DNA of 64,000 bases, from NCBI GenBank assembly GCA_002269645.1, contig NIVC01002363.1, forward strand, positions 116,665-180,664, read 5' to 3'. Within the stretch, counting starts at the first letter, position 1; each line of letters starts with the position of its first letter. The position numbers were made by a program, and so were the translations under genes. The notes below the pieces were generated by a model that searched no databases, was not told the origin of the DNA, and was given only the letters and a program-made list of their open reading frames with translations. Positions 1 through 12,538 of the stretch are shown in pieces. Source of the DNA: Macrostomum lignano (lineage: Eukaryota).

Positions 1-269
1 TTGTGGCCTTAGCAACTGACCACCTGACAAACAGTAACACCCTACGTTTCATTTTTTGGTAAATGGACTAAATTAATGCCAAAATTATGATTTCTTTCTT
101 AGGTCAGATTGAGTCAACTGCTGTTAACAGATCAAACTGACTGGAAAATATTACGATATTACAACTGTCTACAGCGGTCGGCGAACTCCAGCCCTGCAAA
201 GCCTGTCTATCCGGCACTCGGGTCCTTGAAAACTTCACAATAGCAATCCGGCCTGTTCAAGGTTTCTGC

Positions 270-580
270 CTTTTCTCAGCTCCTCTCCCTTCTCTTCACT
301 CCCTTCTCTCATCTCCCTTTTCTTCCCCTTCTCTCCTCTCCTTTCTCTCCCTTCCCCTCTCTTCTCTCCTCTCCCTTCTCTCCACTCCCCTCTCCCTTCT
401 CTCCATTCTCTCCTCTCCCTCTTTTCTCTCATTTCTCTCCTCTCCACCCGCACCTCTCTCTTCATCCTTCCCCCTCTCTCCTCTCCTCTCCTCTCTCCTC
501 TTCGCTCTCTTCTCTCCCTTGTCTTGTCCCTTCTATTCTCTCTCCTGTATTCTCTTCTCCATACTCTCTACTCTCTCCCT
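270..580. repeat. CT-rich low-complexity tract
   Basis: Almost pure C/T sequence; the 235..465 ORF is an artefact of it. Confidence 0.9.
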
Positions 581-713
581 TCCTCTGGGCCGCAATCATC
601 CGCTAGACTGTCCATCTGGCCCTTAGGGTAGACAGTTTGCAAACCTCTGGTCTACCAAAAATTTTAGACATAGTTTACAGAAGAAGACGCAGTCCAAAGT
701 CAATAAAATAAGA

Positions 714-1201
714 CTACTCAACCGGGCCTGTACGTCTCACTCGATTAGCCAGCTCAAAGTAGCTGGTGTCCTGACAGTCGCCGCCCAAATCCGGCACAAA
801 CGGCGCCTCGGAGCTGTGCAATCGCTCCCAGGAGATGCCGCCAAATAGCGGATGCCGCCGCAGGTCGTTAATATCCAGCCTGCTAGCCGGCTCGTACGAC
901 AGCAGACCGTCTATGGCTGAGACCGCCTCGGCTGATAACTCCGGCTCGGACAGCTCGTCCTCTTCTCCATCAATTCTAGATCCAGCTTCCGGCCAGGGGA
1001 TCTGCCTATTAACAATGTTCTCCATCACCTGTTCGGGCGAATCTCCAGCAAACGGCGGACAACCGGTGAGGAACTCGAATAGACAAACGCCTAGAGCCCA
1101 GTAATCAACAGGTGTGCCGTGCGGCAGGCCCTGGACTAGCTCGGGTGCCAGGTAGTCTGGCGTGCCCAGCAGGCGCTGATACTGCTGCTGCACCGATTGA
1201 C
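714..1201 (-). CDS. MASTL: Greatwall/MASTL kinase, exon 3 of 3 (kinase C-lobe + AGC tail)
   Basis: LLGTPDYLAPE, VDYWALGVCLFEFLTGCPPF, FVP..DTSYF; acceptor TTTTCAG before 1201 fits phase 1; stop TAG 716-714. Confidence 0.92.
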
Positions 1202-1289
1202 CTGAAAACCGCACGAATTTATGTGCATTAGAAAACTGGGACTTTACTGACAGCTGCATCCCTAGACTGGCTTGTGTTATAGCTTGTCC

Positions 1290-1820
1290 AGCCTCACAGA
1301 CCCCCAGTTGCTGGGCCAGCCTCCCAGATCCCCGCTTGCTGGGCTGCCACCCTCCCAGATCCTCAGTTGCTGGGCCAGTCTTTCAGATCCCCAGTTGCTA
1401 GGCCACCAGCCTCCCAGATCCTCAGTTGCTGGGCTGCCACCCTCCCAGATCCTCAGTTGCTGGGCTGCCACCCTCTCAGATTCCCATTTGCTGGGCCAGC
1501 CTCCTCCCTGATCCTCAGTTGCTGGGCTGCCACCCTTCCTGATCCTCAGTTGCTGGGCCACCAGCCTCCCAGACCCCCAGTTGCTGGGCCACCCTCCTAA
1601 ATCGTCAGTTGCTGGGCCAGTTTCCCATGCAGATCCCCATTTGCTGGGCCACCCTCCTAAATCGTCAGTTGCTGGGCCAGTTTCCCATGCAGATCCCCAT
1701 TTGCTGGGCCAGCCTCCCAGATCCTCAGTTGCTGGGCCAGCCTTCCAGATCCCCAGTTGCTGGGCCAGTTTCCCATGCAGATCCCCATTTGCTGGACCAG
1801 CCTCCCAGGTCCACAGTTGC
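1290..1820. repeat. Intronic minisatellite, variable ~20-29 bp unit (GATCCTCAGTTGCTGGGCCAGCCTCCCA-like)
   Basis: Degenerate tandem copies filling MASTL intron 2; explains the overlapping short ORFs. Confidence 0.9.
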
Positions 1821-1906
1821 TAGGCAGGATGTTATATTATCTAGCTATTATTGCCCTTATTTCAACAGAGGCGCAAGAAACAATAAAAGACACGAGCGAC
1901 ACTCAC

Positions 1907-2576
1907 CAGAAGACAGCTGACTTGACAGAGGATCGCAATGTAACTCGTCGGCAGACAGCGGAGGAGAAGCGGCGCTGGCTGAGGCCACCGGGCCCGACTT
2001 GAATCTGACCCGGGTCACGTGATCTGTCACCGCCGCCGCCGTAGCCGACACCTCCTCTGAACCTGCAGCAGCGGTCAAAGCCTCTTCAATGCTGACTTCC
2101 GGCGTGACTTCTAAAGAATTTTTCGAATTGTCCTTTTCAATCCGACTATTCGACTCGATAAAAAGTTCTAACGGCGACTTCTTGCTACTGGATTTATTGC
2201 CCTGTTCGCCATCCTCCTGCGGCAAAGGTGATTCATCGAAACAGGGAGCTGGCAGAGGCGGCGGCAAAGTTGACGGAGGAAAACAGGATGGCGAACCGGC
2301 GGCTGGGGTGCCCAACGGATCCTCTGTTGCTGATGCCGCCGCCGCGGATGCCAGATACCTAGCCTGCCGTCGGCGACGAGCTAAGCGACTACAGCTGCCG
2401 CTGCCGACAACACAGCCGCCGCCACCGCCGCCAGCTGAACCGAATGAGAAGTCCGCCGCCAAGGACATCAGCTGACGAGGCGTTCTAGGATAGCGCTTCT
2501 CAGCACTGGCCTGGTAGCCTCCGGGAGTGCTGTTGCCGAACATGAGCTGCTGCTGAGTGACGCGCCTCACGCTGAC
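1907..2576 (-). CDS. MASTL: Greatwall/MASTL kinase, exon 2 of 3 (non-conserved middle region)
   Basis: CCAG acceptor gives DFGLSQ|VSVRR..; RTPRQLMSL matches Greatwall RTPGQVLSL; donor G|GTGAGT after 1907 (phase 1). Confidence 0.85.
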
Positions 2577-2965
2577 CTGGACAAGGCGGGTTGGTGGGGT
2601 TTTAGAAGTCTGCTAAGATCTTTTATCGTCTCGGGTCACCTCTATGTAAACGACAGTCAGTTGTGTCGTTGCAGGTAACAGGAAAATAAAAAATGACTCT
2701 TGATGACTCTGAAACAACATGTCATGACTTTGAGGCGTTTTATTGTCTGCGACTCTACGACTCGCAAGTGACTCTAGGCGGGGGGGGGTGTTATAACGTA
2801 CCTGAGGCGTGCTAGAGGCTGTACAATCACTGAGTTGCGTGTAAGCGCTTCTGCGCAACTTTATAAATTAGAATCGCATTTTGCATTGATAACAATACTA
2901 TTCAGTCTACTTGCGTTAGTAGAAAGTTAAGCGCTAGCACGACTCTTAGACGACGTTTTCGCGAC

Positions 2966-3329
2966 CAGGGGCGTCGCCATGGATTTTATGGTGGGAGGGG
3001 GGGGAATCCAAGAATTCAACATTTACATGACTAATTTCCTACATTTCCATTATTTTGTGAGAATCGTGTTGTCAGCCCTCATTTTGGCGCCGCAGGCACT
3101 CATTTTGGCGCCGCAGGTACTCATTTTAGCGCCGCAGGTACTCATTTTGGCGCCGCAGGCATTCATTTTAGTGCCGTAGGCGCTATATTTTGGCACCCTG
3201 AAGAAAAATTATTGATTACCACAACGAGTCACAAGGTGGGGTGGGGTGGGGGGACAAAGCACTGGCTGTCCCCACATAGCTTTTACTGGGTGGGACATGT
3301 CTCCCGTCCCCCCGGTGGCGACGCGCCTG
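2966..3329. mobile_element. hAT-like MITE with internal 21-bp minisatellite
   Basis: TIRs CAGGGGCGTCGCCA / TGGCGACGCGCCTG; perfect 8-bp TSD TTCGCGAC (2958-2965, 3330-3337). Confidence 0.85.
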
Positions 3330-3890
3330 TTCGCGACTCTTACGATTCTGCAACTCTCAGTCGCATTACAGTCGTTTGAGTCGATAAAAAGTCACAAGAG
3401 TCACCCCCAGAGTCGCTAGAGTCACACGTGTGAGTTGTTTGCAATGACTCTTTACCGCTTCTTGTCACAATAACTTTTTTGATCTTCAGTATGGTCTACG
3501 GAACATCAATAGCAATAAGGTAATCCTTAGGGTTCTCTACTAAGCAATCAACAAATTTCTTCTGAGCACGCAGACGGGAATAGCGTTTGGGTGCTTTCAC
3601 AAGCTCGAAATTTCACAATGTCGAAAACTCGAATATAGCAGCCTATGAAGGTATGAATGATTGCTATATGACGTCCCTTGCTATGGAGTTTTCGACGTTG
3701 TGAAGTTTTGAGTTTGTGAAACCCTTTATAGCATTCACACAGGGTGTTTAGCGGCCCTGAAATTTTCATCTTCAGACAGACAGACACAATCCGGAGCTTG
3801 GGGGTTTGGCTCTATTGAACGCCAATCGTACAAAAGATGTCGCCATAATCTGCATTCAATTTCGGCATCTATATACGCTGGTATATATAC

Positions 3891-4424
3891 CTGACTCAAT
3901 CCAAAATCAGTCAGCTTGATGTGGCCATTAGCCGATACAAGCATATTGTCCGGTTTAATATCCCGATGAATAATGCCGTGACTGTGCAGATACTCCAGCG
4001 CCGTGGCCACCTCGGCCGTGTACACAACAGCAGCTTCTTGGCTGAGGCAGCCAACAGCCAGCAACATGGATCTGAGGTCGCCACCGCACAGATACTCCAT
4101 CACCAGATAAACGTGCGTGTCAGTTTGCAACGAGTAATACAGGTGCACAACGTGACGACAGCGACTAATAGCTAGAGCGGCTCGTTCGCATTGGATCTGA
4201 TCAATTAGATTCTTAGTAACTAGGGTCTTTTTTGATACGCGTTTCACTGCAAACAGCTGCGACTGATCATTTTCTTGTCCAGTTCGGCGCTTCGCCAGGA
4301 ACACGTCTCCAAAAGCACCGCTAGATACGTGTTTGACTATTTCAAAATCGCTTATTGATGGCAATTGATGAGGCCCAGCTGCTGCGAGGGGCGGCAAGTC
4401 TGCATCGCTGCTAGATGCTAACAT
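3891..4424 (-). CDS. MASTL: Greatwall/MASTL kinase, exon 1 of 3 (N-lobe)
   Basis: FEIVKHVSSGAFGDVFL (Greatwall-type SxGAFG loop), FAVK, HRDIKPDNML, IKLTDFGLS; donor CAG|GTATAT after 3891. Confidence 0.92.
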
Positions 4425-6349
4425 TATTAGTGAGAAGACAGAGCAGGGCTGAACGATACTTTAAATTGATGCAGGTTGACAGGGTGTAGTCTGCAAGGTT
4501 GACAGGGGCAGCTGTAATAGCCAGTAATGAGAGGTCCCAATGCCCCATTTGTGACATTAAATGAGTGCTCCAAGGATTGAATTGCCTGTCGGTTTGACAC
4601 ACTTTTTACCATAGACAACTAGCAGTGAGGCTCAAAATGCATGTGTTTTTGCTGTCTTGGATTAAATTGCTTGCTCGTAGTCTCTACTAGCTTGCAAAAT
4701 GCTATATTTTTTCTCTATTGTAACCAATAGGCTTTTTTAAAGATAGAAATCATAGGTGCAATTTAAAATTTCCTTGACATGCAATTATGGTAAGCCTAAA
4801 GCTTAATTATATATAGCAAAAAGGGCTACATTTGTTTGCAGCACTTAAGTTTTATCTAGTCATTATAAGCGTTAGAAATCTGAAAGAAGGTCATCCAAAG
4901 AAAACCAAAGCATCCACTAGACCATTTTAGATAAAGTGCAACCTGTAAAAATCAATCAAAACAAGTGCAGCACGTGTCTGGGCTGGAGACTAACAACAGG
5001 GAGAGCATTGGGCATGCCCAACTCTGGCAATCAACCCTGCAGGGCATGTCGAGTAAGAGGTGCAGGTGGGGCTTGACAAATGCAAGAAAATACTCGAGGT
5101 CAGACCTCTCTAACACAATTTGGGCAAAATAATCAAGCCTAAGCAAACTAACCTTGTCCTGTGTAACCTACCTATCCCATGTGATGTAACCACGTTTTGG
5201 TCGCGGGATCATGTGGGGAATTTTTCAAAATGTCCCCGATCCCCTTTGACCCATTGGGCAGTGCTGTCCGACTGCGAACTGACTCCCACTCTGTTCCGAC
5301 CCCTGCTGTCTCTGCTCCATCTCCCACTCAGCAACACCTGCCTTTCCGGAGCCTTTTTTGTGCACCTCGCCTGCCTCCCCATTTCTCACGGGCCCCACCC
5401 CATTTATCATGTGTTTTTCATGTTTCCCATCTGTTTATCATGTTGTAACACGGTTTTCTTGCACTGTCCCCTCCTCATCCCATGCCTACTTAGAGTATCG
5501 CTTGTGCTCATCGTCACCCCATCTCCCTTTAGGATCCCAAAATGGTGACGCAAGGCTCCTGACGTCTCCCTTACCCGGATGACTCATCACCCTCCTCTTG
5601 CGCAACCTTTCTCATGCTATTGTTCTCTTCCCAAGATTTCTTATGTAACACCCACCCCTCCTTCCGCTTCTATTGTTCTCGTTTTTGATCCTTTGTTCCC
5701 TTTTTGCTACTAATTATCACATTTTCCCAAATTTTCTCATTATTTTGTTCTTTTTTCGCACCCAATTAGCACATTTTTCTCAATTTTTGCTTTTCGATTC
5801 TCCCCAATTCTCCCTGATTTCCATTTCCTTTGTTCTTGATCTGGACCCCATCGTTCTCAATGTTTGTATGCGCAACACTTTTTCGACCCCCACTGTGCTC
5901 ATTTTCCCACCAACCCCTCTGGATTGCAAATTTTTCCATTTCTCATGTTGCTATGCCATTCTCATATTTCTCATCATGACTTATTCTGACGTCATTTTCC
6001 CGGCGGCCAATCAGAGAGAGTGAGTCATGGAAACGACATTGGAGCGGCGACCGTGATGACTACGAATTGACTATGACTATCGTATTTAAGGAAGTGATTT
6101 TCAGTGTGAGCACCTTTAACTTTTGGCCTTGGGTCTTCCCCAATACGTTCACTCACTTTGGCTTCTCATCCTACCTTTGGACTTACCTTGTCATAATACC
6201 GCCAAGTTTCCCCAGCTCCCCAAGCGAGCTCATCTGCCAGCCCGCAGTCTAATACTGCCTAGCATCCTCAGCATCACACTCTGAGCTTCATCAGTGCCTC
6301 GTCATTTCAGCGCATCGCTGCTTCACTATCTGCCTGTCTGCAGGCTACA

Positions 6350-6521
6350 CATACATGCGCAACCTTGGGAATCACCCGGCCATTTCTATTGGCAACACGC
6401 ACATGCAAGTCGCTATTGGCTGAGAGCAGTCCAGTGACTACTATTCCGTCCAATAGTGACTTACATGTGTGTGTTGCCAATAGAAATGGCCGGGTGAATC
6501 CCTAGTTTGTGCCCAAGCATG
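6350..6521. mobile_element. Palindromic MITE (CATACATGCGCAAC family)
   Basis: ~55-bp inverted arms; 8-bp TSD AGGCTACA/AAGCTACA (7 of 8 match); left end shared with 8181-8446. Confidence 0.7.
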
Positions 6522-6551
6522 AAGCTACAGCCGCCCTTGGTCACTCTATCA

Positions 6552-6554
<3 letters not shown>

Positions 6555-6633
<79 letters not shown>
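6555..6633. repeat. (CT)n microsatellite
   Basis: Perfect dinucleotide run. Confidence 0.97.
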
Positions 6634-6635
<2 letters not shown>

Positions 6636-7087
6636 GCAGCAGCCGGTGAGTTCCTGTACTGATTTGTGCTCTAATTGCCTTTGCTTATCCGGGGTTTGCT
6701 TATTTCCCATTGCTTGATTAGAGAACTGAGCCAATTGTGTACCATTGTATCCTGCTGTATTTTACTCAATAGTGAAGCCACCTAATTGCCTGTTTATTTT
6801 GCCTAAGGGCCTAATTACTAAGGATTACTAACTACCTCATTTTTCACACCTTCACCATCATTTCACTCATGGCTTGCTGAGCCTTTCTCCCTAGGTGGCA
6901 AAGCATAAAGAAGTTTGGGTAAGCTAATGGCGTCTCCCGATGCAAAACCTGCCTGTGTGTGTGCTATGGATGTTTGTGCGTGCAGTAGAGGGAATTACTA
7001 GAATTAGCGGGTCTTGGCACAGAATGGCAGCAGGAAGGTTGCAACACCCTGTTTACATATCCCTTTGCCCTGAGCAAGCTAAACTAT

Positions 7088-7505
7088 AGCTAGTACATGT
7101 TCATCTCATACTACTCTTAGTAATTGAAGCCGCGAGTCCATCTCATTCATAGCCACAAAGGACTCCCTGCTAAGAAATCCTCTAGATTGATCCTAGAGTT
7201 CCTGAATATGCCCCAAGCAGAGTCCCTGTACTTGGCTGCATGCATCTCCCCTGTTAGCCTAAATCCCCTGGTAACCAATCCAGGCAAGGCTCTAGCCTCA
7301 AAAGGTCTAGTCATTAGATCCAGGTACACTAGGTCATATAGAGTGGTGGCAGCTATTTGGTCATGCTATGGCTAAGTGACAAATATTTGCATCTTGGCTA
7401 CAAGTGGGGTCTAGTGGGAGCTAGTACATGTTCACCTCATACTACTCTTAGTAATTGAAGCCGCGAGTCCATCTCATTCATAGCCACAAAGGACTCCTTG
7501 CTAAG
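7088..7505. repeat. ~87-bp direct repeat pair (7088-7174, 7419-7505)
   Basis: AGCTAGTACATG...GGACTCC(C/T)TGCTAAG occurs twice with ~2 mismatches. Confidence 0.8.
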
Positions 7506-8180
7506 CACAAAGGGGTCCTTGGCCCTATGGTCACAAAAGCATTACTAAAGCTATCAAACATATGGGTAGGATAGTCTAGTACTGGAGGTCTGTCAGGTCA
7601 TTGCCCAATCATAGATAGCCTATAGTCATTGCCCCCTATAGTCATATATTCTCCTTCCCACGGAATGGATAGTCAAAGGTGGTTGCATTATATGCTTTAT
7701 TTAATTAGAAAATGTGTCATCTTAGAAAGTTGTATAAATATGATTGTTAGCCATGTATAATACAGTTAAATGAAAGGGGGACATATTTTAATGAATGATA
7801 AATGCCTATCTTAGCTCGAGAGTTTATTCTTTTATTGATGCAAAGATGTATTAGAAATGAATTAAAATTCTGATTTCTTTCAGTTATTCTTTCTACCTTT
7901 ATATGGTAAAGACTCAAACAATTGCTAGGCCTAAACTTACAATAAGTAATACATTTAGCATTTATTTAGACATAGACCTATTTAGTACTATAATTGTCTA
8001 GCATAATTGAACCTTTAACTACAAGTCTACAATAGCAACTTTATTTAGGACTTGAAGCCTAATTAGTTATAAGCCCTAAAATAATTATATAAGCATTATA
8101 AAAAATATACTTAGTGTTGTGCTTTTGGCTTTAGCCTTTAGCAATTGTCAGTCTAGTGGTCTGTTGACCTCTGACGCATC

Positions 8181-8446
8181 CATACATGCGCAACCCCCCT
8201 GATTTACACTGGCCATGCGACTTACTTTTTGACCAAAAATGCGACTTACCTGTGAAAGAAACCTAACGCAATTTTTGGGTAAACGGCAGGAGTAACTATG
8301 ACTGTCTTATAAGGGCTAAATGCCTCGTCATCCAATTAGTACTACGTTTGTATTCTTTAGGCTGGGCATTTTTGCGACTTACCCCTTGTCCACCACAATT
8401 TACGGTGGCCAGATCGGCCAGGTTGGCCAGCAGTTGCGCATGTATG
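8181..8446. mobile_element. 266-bp MITE inserted in the 3' LTR
   Basis: 14-bp TIR CATACATGCGCAAC; 8-bp TSD GACGCATC; the 5' LTR has the empty site GATGCATC. Confidence 0.92.
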
Positions 8447-8578
8447 GACGCATCTATCATTTATTTCATAACTCAATAGCATGGTTCAATTCATCAACGC
8501 AGTCGCGTAACAAAAATGTCTATGGCAAAGCCATCAACCCACAACACCCTCCCTCTTCTATAGGTAGGTGTACAATTA

Positions 8579-11500
8579 TCACTCAGGTGCGATAAAAATT
8601 CTAGTTTTCTTGGCCAAGCGTTCGCTTTGTCTGGGTGACGGCTTGGATTGAACTCCGGCCTCAGTCTGTTGCTGTTGTGCTCTCTCAGCTTGTTCTGTTC
8701 CCGGTAGTATCTCAGTGTCTGTCGATGACGGACGCGTCTGTTGGCCGTCGTCACTTGGACCGTTGCCACCGGGCTTGGAATCCCCCATTTCCGTAGTTCC
8801 GTGAGCCTCAGGTACCTCACCGATTCGTAGTTTATCGAGGTGGGCCTTTAGATTTCGTCCAGTCTCTGTGGTGACGACTGCTGTGTTGCTGCCAAGCATT
8901 TTGGCAAATCTCACAGTTTGTGGCTCATGAGAACTTGATACACGGTAGATGAGTGATTCTCCTGGGATCCACTTGGACTGAGTGCTGCTCTCCGAGATGG
9001 GGAGTCTTATTTGTCTGCCGTTCAACAACTCGGACGGTGATGCTTGCTGCTTCCCTTTGGCAGCTCTGTAGAACAGTAGAAATCTGTCAATACTTCTTTG
9101 GGATAAACCATTGGTCTTGATTGTCTCTTTGACGGTTCGCACCATTCGCTCTACAATGCCGTTGCTCTGTGGATGGTAGGCGGGCGTTGTGATGTGCGAA
9201 CAGCCAATCTGGGTGAGCCAGCCGGTCACCGCTTCGCTCACAAAACTAGGGCCGTTGTCTGACACGAGACACTTGGGCACCCCCTGTTGTGAGAACAATC
9301 TTCTAAGTCTGGAAATGACTGTGTCGGCCTTCATGTCGCTCGTGATGAAGACTTCCAGGTAGCTCGAATGCACATCCACAATGATGAGTAGGTACTTGCC
9401 CTCTATCGGACCAGCAAAATCAATGTGCACTCGCTCCCAGGGGTTGTCAGGTTCTGGCCACGAGTGCCAAAAGTTCTTATTTCTGGACTTGTACGCGTTG
9501 CACACGTTGCATCGTCCAATGTAGTCAGCGATGTCACAGTCCATCTGTGGCCACCAGAACTGTTCCCTCAAAATCGACTTTGACTTTTCCACCCCAAGGT
9601 GCGTTGAGTGTACAGCTGCCAGGGCAGTTTCTCTCAGGACACGAGGCAATACAATTCTGTTCATTCTGTAAATAATTCCATCATTGACAGTTAGCTCATC
9701 TTGAACCTTTGAGTAGCTGAGTAGGTGTGGGTCATCAAATAGATTATTGTTAATTATGGCTGCGCCCAGGCATCTGAACTCTGGGTCCTCTCTGGTTGCA
9801 TGTGCAATGCGATCCAGCTGAATTACTCCCGGGTTGTCAGCTTCGAGGAGTCCAATCGATGCTGTCTGTGCATTTGGCTTAGCGGGCACCAGTCGAGATA
9901 GCGCATCCGACAGCATTAGCTTTGATGGTCGATACTGTATGTCATAGTCATAAGCAGCTAGTATGATTGCCCAACGTTGTAGTCGAGCTGAAACTCTGGT
10001 GGGCAGCTGTTTGTCTGGTGCGAATATGTATGTGAGGGGCCGGTGATCAGTTATCAGTGTGAACCTCCGGCCATACAAGAACTGATGGCATCTTTGAATG
10101 CACCAAACCAGTGCCAGGCCTTCACGCTCTATTTGCGAATATTTTGTTTCGGCGTCAGACAGAGTCTTGCTCATGTAAAGCACGACTTGACCGCTTTGTG
10201 TCAACACTCCGCCCAGAGCTCGCTGAGAACTGTCGCATTCTAGTTCAATGGGCTTCTCCGGATCAAATATTTGAAGACTCGATTGATCAGAGAGAGTGAC
10301 CTTGCTTTTGTCAAATGCTATTTGACACTGTGTCCACTCGAAGTCCTCATTTTTCTTTCTTAGTTGATTGAGAGGCTTGGTCAGTGCAGCTAGGTTTCTG
10401 ATGAACTTGCCGCTAAAATTTACGAGACCCAGGAAAGATTCAAGCTTGCCAACGTTCTGCGGTGGTGTCATGTCCTGGATTGCCTTCACTTTGGCTAGGT
10501 CCGGCTTGAGCTGATCTCCTTCCAATAAGTAGCCTAGAAACTTGATCGAAGTCTTGCGGAATTCACTTTTCGCCGTGTTGATCTTCAATCCTTGCTGGTT
10601 TAGTCGATGCAATACTTCCGTCTCACGAACTGCCAATTGTTCTACGCCTTTGCCGCATATCAATATGTCGTCTACGTAGGCAATGACGCCAGGAATTCCT
10701 TGTAGGACTTGGCTAATGTACCGCTGGAAGATCGCAGGTGCTGTTTTCACTCCGAACGGAAGCTTGTTGAAAGCAAACATCCCAAATGGTGTTGATATTA
10801 CTGTCAGCTCTTTGAAAGCTTCATCTAGTGGGATCTGGTGATAAGCTTTCACTAGGTCCAGACGAGTGTATATCCGGCTGCCAGCAGCAGTTGCAATCAC
10901 TTCGTCAGGTGCAGGCATTGGATATGAATCATTGATAAGCTGAGAATTGATTGTCACCTTGTAGTCGACGCAAAGTCTGAGCTTTCCAGAAGGTTTCTTG
11001 ACCACGACAATTGGTGAGGCCCATTCACTTAACTTGACGGGCTTGATGGTGTCTTCTTCAAGCAACCGATCGATTTCATCTTTGACTCCCTGTCTGAGTG
11101 CGAAGGGTAGCGGCCTGGGTTTGCAATGAATTGGAGTGGTTCCTTCCTTGATCTTAAGAGTTACTGGTGGAAATTCGCATGACTGGGTTGCCAATGTGCA
11201 GCTGTTGTCTACAGCGTTTAGCGTGAAATTGAGCTTGTCTCGGCCAACCAGAACAAAGTTCCTCTGCGATTCCACAATGAAGAATGTGATTGGAATGAAC
11301 TCGTCATTGTACTCCAACTCAGTGTCGTGTGTTCCAAAGACCTTCATCTGCGTATCAGCGTATGTTGTCAGAACAGTGTCTGTAGGTGTCAGCTTTGGAC
11401 AACCTAATCGTTTCCAGATCGTTTTTGACATTACCGAAACTCCTGCCCCAGTATCAATTTGTGCGTTCACGCTAAGAATCAACCCACTCGTGTGTCTGAG

Positions 11501-12538
11501 CCTAACAGGCACAGTGTAGCTATCAACGGGATGTCGAATGTGAAAACAATCCTCCTGTTCAGCTTTGCTTGCATCTACAAAGCTTGTGGTCCTTGGCCAC
11601 ACTGCAGCTCGCCTAAATTGACCAGATGCTGACGGGCTTTTGAACGATTTTCGGCCTTTGCCAAAACCAGTTGATTTCGTTTTGCAAACTGTTGCGAAGT
11701 GGTTTTGCATGCCACATTCGTTGCACATTTTTCCTTTTGCAGGACACCCTCCATTGGAGCCATGCATTGTGCCACATCTGCCATACTTGGAGCTTGTAGA
11801 GTGGGAGCCTCTGGCTACCGATGCTGAAATTTTCATTACTTCAGAAGACTGCGGCTGACTGGTGCAACCCTTTAGTATTTGCGTTTGTGATAGGTTCTGG
11901 TGCACCTCAGCGATGTTGATAGCTGTCTCAAATGTGAGAGTGCTGAAGTCCTGTTCCAATAACTTGCTGATGGCCACCTTGTCATTCAAACCGAATACTA
12001 GCTGATCTCTCAGTCTCTCATCTCTGGATAGGCCAAACTGACACTTGTCTGCCTGCATGCAGAGTTGCTATGCATACTCACGAATGCTCATTGATGCCAT
12101 GCGAGTGATATGCTGGAAATTGAATTTCTCAGCCATGACGAATGTCTTTGGTTCCAGGATGCTGGCCAGTAGTTTGGTCAGTTCATCGAAGCTCTTTTTT
12201 CCCAGCTTCTTGGGAGCGGCTCAATTGGCCAATGCGTCATACAGCTTGGTGCTGAGCTTCATCAGCAGCAGCTTGTTTTTCGTGTTGTCCTGCCAGCCAT
12301 TGATTTTGCTGCACAGTGTGAATCGGTCCAACCACCTCTGGAAGTTTGAACTTTCATTGAGTTTTTCGATGTCAACTTGCTGTCCTCTCGCTACTTGTGC
12401 GCTTGGGTTCTGCGCTATCGCTGTTGCTGTCTTTGTTGCTTGGACTGATTTTGATGAGATCATAAGCGGTGCTGCTTTGTTGCTCGAAACTGTTTTACCA
12501 ACTCCTTTAGTTGGCAATGCTGGCATACTTCCAGGCAT
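8579..12538 (-). pseudogene. Gypsy single-frame gag-pol with two premature stops
   Basis: Zn knuckle CNECGMQNHFATVC, protease DTGA, RT YVDD, RNase H DSSQ/TDHRPL, integrase H..H..C..C and DFAG/SDNG; one frame from ATG 12538, broken by TGA 12223-12221 and TAG 12070-12068. Confidence 0.9.

Noticed and set aside
2690-3450. Older element with GACTC/GAGTC mirrored subrepeats around the MITE
   Set aside because: The bias is visible but no termini or TSD could be defined.
5160-7060. Possible solo or nested LTRs (several TGTAAC starts, CCAAT and TATA-like motifs near 6005-6090)
   Set aside because: No paired LTR, PBS, PPT or TSD could be established.
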